Shown here: positions 25,741 to 33,260 of the stretch, piece by piece | Position numbering within the stretch: position 1 is the first letter of the stretch | Layout of the letters: the number at the start of each line of letters is the position of its first letter | IMG/VR virus record: IMGVR_UViG_3300037261_000012 | Location: 30,884 to 94,883 of that record | DNA length: 64,000 nucleotides | Reading direction: 5' to 3' (one strand) | DNA from: a virus | Program-made: the position numbers and the translations under genes | The notes under the pieces: model-generated | Told to the model about the DNA's origin: nothing | The model's database searches: none | What the model saw: the letters and a program-made list of their open reading frames with translations, nothing else

Positions 25741-25951
25741 ACACTCAATTTATTGGGTTAGGATCAGAGGCGGAGATGGTGAGTTTACGTGGTCTGCCAA
25801 AGATCAAGAGGATGTGTACTTCCCATTTTCAGTTATTGGTAGTGACGAGTGTTTCGAGGAGGGGGTTAATGATGACCAACTTGAAGTGTTGGCCGGGCCT
25901 TTCAATGAAACTCAAATTTTTGCAATGTTGCCTGAGGGTGGAATGTCATGA
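25737..25951 (+). pseudogene. frameshifted paralogue of 2462-2647
   Basis: MNTQF joins YWVRIRGGDGEFTWSAKD...VIGSDE...EVLAGPF if one T is added near 25749. Confidence 0.65.
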
Positions 25952-26733
25952 GCAAGAAGCAGTATGAATTGAGTCAGGAAGACCAGTTCTTCCATGACAT
26001 GTTTATGAAGGAAAAGGCCGATAAAGGACGACCAGACGACCTTAGCCCTACAAATTGGACTGCCCAGGATAAGAAATGCGCGCATTCACATCCGGCACTG
26101 AAGATAGTCGTTGGGGACAAAACCTACGAAATATACGGTGGTGCCTGCGGAAGTCCGATACACAAATGCGACATCTATATAGGGCTGGACAGATACAGTA
26201 TGGAGTACCATACCAAGCAGTACCCATGGCAGGACAAGGAAGTTACTACGGAAATAGACATACTATATCCTATTACTGATATGTCTCCGCCAAGTGATTC
26301 GGCGAATTTCAAGCTGATGGTAGCCTGGATTTGCAATCAATTGCAGTCTGAAAAGAAAATCCACATCGGTTGTATAGGTGGGCATGGAAGAACTGGTACA
26401 GTGTTGGCGGCGGTGGTAGCCAATATGATGGGTGGAGAAGGAGCCATCCAGTATGTACGGAAGAACTACTGCGATCATGCAGTGGAGTCGGCTAGTCAAG
26501 TGAGTTTCCTGATGAAGCACTTCGGGTGCTCCAAGGCAGTTGGGTACAAAGAGCACGGTGGCCTTGGATTCGTGAAAGATTGGGGTTCGGCCATGAAGGG
26601 CAGCCAGTGGGTGTCCCAACCTCATCAAAAGGAAGGCCAAACCCAAATCTATAAAAGCAGCAAAGCAAAGACCAGTTTTTCTGGGGCCAAGAGGTCGTTC
26701 TCAAACGTAACCAGCCTGCGATCAATTTGGTAA
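25948..26733 (+). CDS. PTP/dual-specificity phosphatase-like protein
   Basis: PITDM..P, GCIGGHGRTG, YVRKNYC.HAVES. Confidence 0.88.
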   Translation: MSKKQYELSQEDQFFHDMFMKEKADKGRPDDLSPTNWTAQDKKCAHSHPALKIVVGDKTYEIYGGACGSPIHKCDIYIGLDRYSMEYHTKQYPWQDKEVTTEIDILYPITDMSPPSDSANFKLMVAWICNQLQSEKKIHIGCIGGHGRTGTVLAAVVANMMGGEGAIQYVRKNYCDHAVESASQVSFLMKHFGCSKAVGYKEHGGLGFVKDWGSAMKGSQWVSQPHQKEGQTQIYKSSKAKTSFSGAKRSFSNVTSLRSIW

Positions 26734-26779
26734 AATAGATGCGAAAGTGCTTGACAGATCTCCGGAATTGCGGTAAATT
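26733..26779 (+). promoter_or_regulatory. early promoter repeat, copy 14
   Basis: AAATAG...TTGACA(26751)-17-TAAATT. Confidence 0.85.
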
Positions 26780-26811
26780 GACTTATGAGTTCAAACGTCA
26801 ATGGAGTGACT

Positions 26812-27657
26812 ATGCCAATGAGTATCACCATGTTGGGTAAAGACGAATTCTTTCACAAAGTATTATCCCCAGAAGGTTTCATGATGTATGGGCATCTTCT
26901 GGCTGATGGAGTAAAGTTCACAACTGAACTCTACACAATCAAGGCCGAGAAGGGAGTAAAAGGCTGGCAGGTTAATCTGCCGGTAGTGGTTACTACCTTG
27001 TTAAAAACTACCGCTTCTGCTCAATCTGAGTTGGCTTGCAACATGGTCAACGAGTTTGTGAGCAAGCTGTACCAGGTGGTGTTGCCGGAAGTCACCAAGC
27101 CTCAAGAGCCTACTATTCATGAGGCCCCTATTAAGACAGCAGCAGAATTCTTTGAAAAAGCTGAAGATATTAAGAAAGAGGCTTCAGAAATAGAAGTGAG
27201 CTTGGGAGAGTTGCTGAAGAAAAAGCTGGCTGACGCTAAGACTGTGGCCCCAATACCTGATCCTGTGCCAGTGCCTCCAAAAGCCAAGATTCTTTCAGAT
27301 GGGAAAATTAAAGCTGGAGTGATCCCTCTGTGTGATGCTGAAGTTGTAGGCCAGAAAGTGCGCGGCACTAGCAATGGGAGTGTGTACATCGCCGTGGCGG
27401 TTAATCCCCGTGTGAAGCTGGCCGCCAGAGTCAAAGGATCATCCATCAGCCTCCGTGTGGAATGTAAGGATGGAGTTACTGAAAAAGAAATGGATGCAAT
27501 CAAGGGTCTGTTGCAGTGGCATGGGAACTATGGTTCTACTCACTTCGAAGCCGGTAACATACCGGTACAACGGGTGCTAGGTGCCGCAATCTACGGCATG
27601 GGTGTTCAATTTGATGATGTGATCAAAGCAGGGGAGGCACTTCAGAGTGGAATTTAA
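26812..27657 (+). CDS. hypothetical protein
   Basis: GGAGTG RBS; C-terminal V.GTS.GS.Y...ARV...SLRVE domain. Confidence 0.8.
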   Translation: MPMSITMLGKDEFFHKVLSPEGFMMYGHLLADGVKFTTELYTIKAEKGVKGWQVNLPVVVTTLLKTTASAQSELACNMVNEFVSKLYQVVLPEVTKPQEPTIHEAPIKTAAEFFEKAEDIKKEASEIEVSLGELLKKKLADAKTVAPIPDPVPVPPKAKILSDGKIKAGVIPLCDAEVVGQKVRGTSNGSVYIAVAVNPRVKLAARVKGSSISLRVECKDGVTEKEMDAIKGLLQWHGNYGSTHFEAGNIPVQRVLGAAIYGMGVQFDDVIKAGEALQSGI

Positions 27658-27814
27658 GGAGGTAAAGGTGGGGTGCTTATTCTATGACCCCATCTCCCAG
27701 GAGACCTTCAAGAAGGTCAATAAAAAAGAAGCTGTAATGGTTTCTGGTGAAGGTGATGGAGTAACAGGTGATGAGTTTGAGCCTGATGAACAGGTATTAA
27801 TCAATGGACGCTAA
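27647..27814 (+). CDS. small hypothetical protein (55 aa)
   Basis: GGAGG RBS, GTG start, fills the gap. Confidence 0.6.
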   Translation: MEFKEVKVGCLFYDPISQETFKKVNKKEAVMVSGEGDGVTGDEFEPDEQVLINGR

Positions 27815-28046
27815 CTCCAAGGAGGGGCAACTGCTTACTATGACCCTGGCTGAAGCCAAGATAGGCAAGGAAGTAAAAATTGGTATGCAGAGTTTCGCAC
27901 CAAGGCTTTCACCAGAGAGGTGTCAAGCCATACTCACTAGTATCAGTGATAGACTGTGGTGTTTCACTATCTACTGGTTCTCCTTGAGAGTGGCTGAAGT
28001 GAGTATCGAGCGCCGCAAAAACGAATATATCTTTGAGGAACTATAG
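27804..28046 (+). CDS. hypothetical protein
   Basis: Packed ORF. Confidence 0.6.
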   Translation: MDANSKEGQLLTMTLAEAKIGKEVKIGMQSFAPRLSPERCQAILTSISDRLWCFTIYWFSLRVAEVSIERRKNEYIFEEL

Positions 28047-28253
28047 ATGAATTTCAATGTGTTTGTTGCTATAGCTGTGGTAGCTGATAGTAAAGAGGCC
28101 GCAGAGAATATTGTTGCTTGTATGCTTTCCAAAGAAATTGGCACTGTGATTATAGGTCATACTACTGAAGACATAGAGGAGTTCGATTCAGTGCAATCAA
28201 TTGCAGTAAACCAACGACCATGGCAGGATGCAGTTCGTAGAGGGGAGTACTAA
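28047..28253 (+). CDS. hypothetical protein
   Basis: GAGG RBS. Confidence 0.65.
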   Translation: MNFNVFVAIAVVADSKEAAENIVACMLSKEIGTVIIGHTTEDIEEFDSVQSIAVNQRPWQDAVRRGEY

Positions 28254-28681
28254 TGCCCACTCAATTACTTTACCTAGCCGCTGACACCTTAGGTATGCCC
28301 CTGCATGAGGTGGAAGATCATCTCATTCGCGGGGCCAGAACACATGAACTAAAGCTGGGGTTTTGGAAAATTCATGTGGATACTCTGGCCTGCTCAGATG
28401 AATTGAATACCCAAGAGGTGGGCATGGTGTGCCGCCTGAAGGGTGATGTCTGGATGTATCTGATAGTTCATGCTGATGGTACAGCAGCAGGACACCTGTT
28501 CGACGGTGGCACTTTGCAATTGAAATCAAAGGATGTAGCCAAGTTCGGCATGGGTTCTATCAAGGCTACCTTGAAAAAGATCAAGCCTCTGACTAAGGCA
28601 GTGTTATCATACAACCCTGCCCCAGGAAAAGAGAAATGGGAGGAGTGTGATGTCCCTGGTAATTTGGAGTACCAAGCCTGA
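28253..28681 (+). CDS. hypothetical protein
   Basis: GGAG RBS, coupled. Confidence 0.7.
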   Translation: MPTQLLYLAADTLGMPLHEVEDHLIRGARTHELKLGFWKIHVDTLACSDELNTQEVGMVCRLKGDVWMYLIVHADGTAAGHLFDGGTLQLKSKDVAKFGMGSIKATLKKIKPLTKAVLSYNPAPGKEKWEECDVPGNLEYQA

Positions 28682-31061
28682 GGCTTATGTCCGGGCTGCT
28701 TTTGCTGTAGTTTTACATGAGTTCCCTGATTTACCAGTAGTTGTTGTTTCTGATGTCACTGTCTTGCCTAAAATCCCTGGCATGACTACCTTGTTTGCGC
28801 TTGGCCAAGAACCTATTGCCATGCTCGCCAGCAACCTGGTAATACCAAAGAATAGAACAGCCACTAGCCTACGTGGAGTCCCGCACCTCATGACCATACC
28901 TTTTGTAGGTAAGGTCAATGCCCTTGTATCCTATGATCCAGGTGTGCAGGATATGGATTATGGTAGGTATATCCAGCTTCAATGTGATCTCACATCAGCT
29001 ATAAGGTTGGAGACTACCGGAAGCCTATCCCCCGTGTATGGTAACTACGAGTACGTCCCTGACTTACACAGTTTCAGAGGAATGATAGAGGCTGTCTGGG
29101 AAGAATTCCCACTTCGCATGGTTGATGTGGCCCTTGATCTGGAGACTGTAGGGCTAGACCCGTGGCTCTTACCAAAAGATAAACACCCAGGAGCATACAT
29201 TGTTTCCATCCAAGTATCAGCAGAGGAAGGCACTGCACAGGTTGTGTATTTTAACAATGCTAAGGAAGAACAAAACTGGTTCATGACATTGGAGTTTGTT
29301 GAAGACCTTATTTGGATACTCACTAATACAAAGATACGTCTGCGCGGGGCTAACCTAAAATATGATCTGACCTGGTTGTGGGTACGGGCTATGGTGGAGT
29401 GTACGAACTTCGTGTTCGATACGACTTTGGTTGGGTCACTTCTTGATGAAAATCGTAGCAATGCATTGGATGTTCATTGTAAATTATATGCCGCTCCACT
29501 TGGAGGATACTCAGATTTAGTGGATAAGACGGTAGATAAGGCCCGTATGGATTTAGTACCAAGAGATAAACTTCTGCCATATGCAGCAGGAGATGCTGAT
29601 GCCACGTTAAGAGTGGCTAGGCAGATGAAAGGCCAGCTACTGAAAGACAAGCAGCTAACATCTTTTTATGTGAACATCTTACATCCGGCAGCAAGAGCTT
29701 TTGAAATAGTTGAACGTGGTGGGTGTTGTGTTGACCCCAAGGCTTTTGCTGAGCTAGAAGTTGACTTGGACAAAGAAATAGCTGGTCTGGTATGGAAAGC
29801 TCGTAATATTCTTGGTGGAAGAATCTGGGCTAAGCACGCAGACGAGGATAAGAATGGTGGCATGAACTTAACCAAGGCCAGTATGCTGTGTGATTTCATG
29901 TTCAGCCCAATGGGACTCAACCTAAAGCCACTAGAATTAACAGCAGGAGGTAAGGATGGAACTGGGCCAAAGCTACCAAGCACAGCCATAGATCATCTAC
30001 TTCAGTTTAAGGATGTTCCTGAGGCAAGTGAATTTATCGCGCTGCTTGGAGACTATAGTAGTGCAAGCAAAACACTCAGCACGTTTGTCCGTGGCTTTCA
30101 GAAGCATATACGATCAGACGGGAGGCTGCACCCTACCTATTGGTTCTTCGCAGGTAACAAAGATGAGGGTGACGGAGGAACTAATAGTGGTCGGCTCAGT
30201 GCCCGTGATCCTGCCTGGCAAACCCTTCCGAAACACACAAAATGGGCTAAAAGATTGAGGTATTGTTACATCGCACCTTCTGGTCATGTGGTAGTTGAGC
30301 GTGATTACAATCAAGGGGAGTTACGAGTTCATGCCTGCATAGCACATGAGCCAAACATGATCAAAGCATACAAGATGGGTATGGATTTACACGCCCTCAC
30401 TAGTGGAGAATTCAGTGGGTACAATTATGAAGCCATGATGGAACTGAAGAAAACCAACAAGGCACTATTTGATGCCATTAGGCAGTTGGGAAAGGCTGGT
30501 AACTTCGGACTCCTGTATGGCATGTCGGCAGGTGGCTTCTTCGTATATGCTGTTGAGAACTATGGGGTTAAAGATTTCACGATGGATAAGTCAGTCACAT
30601 TCTGTGATGGCTTCTTCCAACGCTACCCAGGTCTGATAACATACAATGAAGCAACTAAGTTGCACGCTCACAAATATGGGTATGTTCGTTCACCATTAGG
30701 AAGAATCAGGCATCTGCCACTAATTAACAGTCCTAACAAGCAGATACAGAGCCAGGCTGAGCGTCAAAGCATAAATGCTCCAACGCAGGGATGTTTATCT
30801 GATTTATTGCTATGGACTATATCAGAGGAGAATCATAATGGAATAAGTGCAGAAGCACCTTGTTTTGGAGCGTGCCACGATGCAGCCTATTCCTATGTGC
30901 TTGAAGACAAGGTAGCACTATGGGTGCCTAAAGCATTAGGGGTTATGGAGAACCTACCATTCAATAAGGTAGGTTGGGAGCCTGAATTGAAATTCCTTGC
31001 AGACGCTAAATTTGGCCCGAATATGGGGAGTTTAACCGAGTGGAAAGGTGCTCACTCTTGA
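28647..31061 (+). CDS. polA: family A DNA polymerase with 3'-5' exonuclease and UDG-like N-terminal domain
   Basis: ExoI DLET, ExoII NLKYD, ExoIII YAAGD; SGRLS..DP..Q; motif A DYNQGELR; motif B R..GKAGNFGLLYG; motif C HDA. Confidence 0.95.
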   Translation: MMSLVIWSTKPEAYVRAAFAVVLHEFPDLPVVVVSDVTVLPKIPGMTTLFALGQEPIAMLASNLVIPKNRTATSLRGVPHLMTIPFVGKVNALVSYDPGVQDMDYGRYIQLQCDLTSAIRLETTGSLSPVYGNYEYVPDLHSFRGMIEAVWEEFPLRMVDVALDLETVGLDPWLLPKDKHPGAYIVSIQVSAEEGTAQVVYFNNAKEEQNWFMTLEFVEDLIWILTNTKIRLRGANLKYDLTWLWVRAMVECTNFVFDTTLVGSLLDENRSNALDVHCKLYAAPLGGYSDLVDKTVDKARMDLVPRDKLLPYAAGDADATLRVARQMKGQLLKDKQLTSFYVNILHPAARAFEIVERGGCCVDPKAFAELEVDLDKEIAGLVWKARNILGGRIWAKHADEDKNGGMNLTKASMLCDFMFSPMGLNLKPLELTAGGKDGTGPKLPSTAIDHLLQFKDVPEASEFIALLGDYSSASKTLSTFVRGFQKHIRSDGRLHPTYWFFAGNKDEGDGGTNSGRLSARDPAWQTLPKHTKWAKRLRYCYIAPSGHVVVERDYNQGELRVHACIAHEPNMIKAYKMGMDLHALTSGEFSGYNYEAMMELKKTNKALFDAIRQLGKAGNFGLLYGMSAGGFFVYAVENYGVKDFTMDKSVTFCDGFFQRYPGLITYNEATKLHAHKYGYVRSPLGRIRHLPLINSPNKQIQSQAERQSINAPTQGCLSDLLLWTISEENHNGISAEAPCFGACHDAAYSYVLEDKVALWVPKALGVMENLPFNKVGWEPELKFLADAKFGPNMGSLTEWKGAHS

Positions 31062-31084
31062 TTGCAATCAATTGCAGTCATAAT

Positions 31085-31113
31085 TTGGCTAGGAGAATAA
31101 TTTCTGATACACT
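31085..31113 (+). promoter_or_regulatory. putative late promoter for the portal operon
   Basis: TTGGCT-17-TACACT, just downstream of the palindrome at 31063. Confidence 0.55.
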
Positions 31114-31139
31114 GTGAGGAATACCACAGGAGAAACAGT

Positions 31140-33260
31140 ATGTCATTAAGCATAATCACTAGTCCTAAGGCAAAATCCTCTCCAGTCAAACCAACCAAAT
31201 CCACTGTTTCCTATGTACAGAAGACTATAGGTAACGATACTTGGCTGGTGATGGCTCAATCAGCTATTGAGTTGGAAGATGAGTTTGCCAACCTGTATTA
31301 CACAACGCAGAATCAGTCAAACATCTTTATCCAACCTCCGTTTGAGCCTAAAGCCCTCAAGAATCTAGTAAATACTAATAATGTCCTTGGCCAATGCGTG
31401 GAAGCCATGGAGGTAAACATTGATGGAACAGGTTATGACTTCGTTCCTATTGAGGAAAAGAAGCAATCGCTGTTAAAGCCACCAAAGAAGCCAATAACCC
31501 AACTTCCTCCCCCTCCTGGCCCACCTAAAGGTGTAGTTCCTCCAGGTCTAGCAGCCTTCCAAAAGAACAAGGGGGTTGCAGAAAAGCCACAACCACAGGA
31601 AAAGCCTCTTACTGAGGTTGTACCTGGTACTCCTGTACCTGTTAAACCAACACCTGAAGAAGTTCAAGCTCAAGCAGACCATCAGAAGTTGGTGGATGGA
31701 CAGGCAGCAGAAGTATCAGACGCTGCTCAACAGCAATATGACGAAGATTTAGCCATATACAATGAAGAAAAAGCAAAAGAAGAAGCAGCAAATGCAGAAA
31801 AGGAGATAGCTAAGGCGTTCTTCAATGAACCATGTCCAGGAAAAACATTTATTGGTATTAGACGGCAGTTACGTAGGGATATGGAGTCCATTGGATATGC
31901 CTTTCTGGAAGTTCTAAGAAATGTGGCTGGTGATGTCGTTGGAGTGCGTAATATAGATACGTTCAACACCCGTATGGTGAAGTTGGATTCTCCTATATTG
32001 GTGGATCGTGATGTAGTGCGTCAAGGAAAGCCAGTTACCTTGAAAATATGGGAAAGGCAGAGAAGGTTTGCCCAGCGTGTGGCCTTGAAAGAGCTTGTTT
32101 ATTACCGGGAGTTCGGTACGGCCAGAGAAGTAGATAGGAAGACTGGGAAATGGGAAATACTGGATCAAGGGGAGCAGAACAATGTGGTGAAGCCGGAAGA
32201 TCGTGGTACTGAATTGATTATGTTTGGGATACACCCGGACGTAACTACTTCCTACTTCTTACCGCGTTGGATTAACCAGATGCCTTCCGTTGTTGGAAGT
32301 AGAAAAGCGGAAGAAGCTAACCTTGAATTCTTGGATGCTGGTGGTATGCCACCGTCGATTATCTTTGTTCAAGGGGGTACTCTTGGTAAGGATGCGGCAG
32401 ATCAACTACGGATGTATCTTTCTGGACAGAATAAGAACAAACACCGTGCTGTGGTGGTAGATGCACATTCAAGTGGTGGTAATTTGGATACGACTGCTGG
32501 GACAGTAAAAGTAACGGTAGAGCGTTTTGGGGCGGAACGAGCACAGGACGCGATGTTCATGAAGTATGATGATAGTACAGAAACGCATGTGGTGATGGGC
32601 TTCAGACTGCCATTTATGTTCCTTGGGAAGGAAAAAGCCTTAAATTTCGCCACAGCTCAAGTAAGCTACATGATTGCTGAGCAGCAAGTGTTTGGGCCTG
32701 AGAGACTTGATTTCGATGCCACAATCAATCGCACTATAATGAAAGAACTTGATATGAAGGTTGTCAAGTTTGAAAGCAAACCTGCGGTTATGGTTAATGC
32801 TGACAATCAGATTAAGGCTCTAACACTAGCCAAGGGTATTACTACCAATAAATCTCTGGTAGATGAGATAAATTCCCTGAATGGAAGTCATCTTGAGGCA
32901 ACAGAGGGCACTATTGCTCCAGCAGCCCCTGTTGGAGGTAAGTCACCAATACCAAAGAATAACCCCTTCCAGTCATCTGATTCTGGTGGGGCACCTGCTG
33001 ATTCCGCAGGGGATGGAAGCTATACTGGAAATGACAAAACCTCAAGTGAGTTGGTTACATTAGCCCAGGATTATGCGGCTATGCGCGGCCTCACCAAGAA
33101 ACGTGAGATGAGTCCTGATGAGAAAGTCAGAATCTCCACTGAGGTTGATGGCCTAAGCAGAGGAAGCCAAAGACTATTCAATACCCTGATAGCTGCTTAT
33201 ATGTATGGCCAGACAAGCCCGGACTTAGTGACCTTGGCTAGACACTCACACCTGCACTAA
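31140..33260 (+). CDS. portal protein (PBSX-like) with Pro/Lys-rich insertion
   Basis: QPPFEP..L, D.ESIGYAFLEV.RN..G, LPRW, GGMPP.II.V.GG.L, FRLP..FLG, NFATA. Confidence 0.88.
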   Translation: MSLSIITSPKAKSSPVKPTKSTVSYVQKTIGNDTWLVMAQSAIELEDEFANLYYTTQNQSNIFIQPPFEPKALKNLVNTNNVLGQCVEAMEVNIDGTGYDFVPIEEKKQSLLKPPKKPITQLPPPPGPPKGVVPPGLAAFQKNKGVAEKPQPQEKPLTEVVPGTPVPVKPTPEEVQAQADHQKLVDGQAAEVSDAAQQQYDEDLAIYNEEKAKEEAANAEKEIAKAFFNEPCPGKTFIGIRRQLRRDMESIGYAFLEVLRNVAGDVVGVRNIDTFNTRMVKLDSPILVDRDVVRQGKPVTLKIWERQRRFAQRVALKELVYYREFGTAREVDRKTGKWEILDQGEQNNVVKPEDRGTELIMFGIHPDVTTSYFLPRWINQMPSVVGSRKAEEANLEFLDAGGMPPSIIFVQGGTLGKDAADQLRMYLSGQNKNKHRAVVVDAHSSGGNLDTTAGTVKVTVERFGAERAQDAMFMKYDDSTETHVVMGFRLPFMFLGKEKALNFATAQVSYMIAEQQVFGPERLDFDATINRTIMKELDMKVVKFESKPAVMVNADNQIKALTLAKGITTNKSLVDEINSLNGSHLEATEGTIAPAAPVGGKSPIPKNNPFQSSDSGGAPADSAGDGSYTGNDKTSSELVTLAQDYAAMRGLTKKREMSPDEKVRISTEVDGLSRGSQRLFNTLIAAYMYGQTSPDLVTLARHSHLH

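Noticed and set aside
1754-26811. ORF-track starts at 1754, 2647, 15716, 24658 and 26785
   Set aside because: These starts lie within or just beside promoter repeats; GGAGTG RBSs indicate starts at 1925, 2746, 15776, 24703 and 26812
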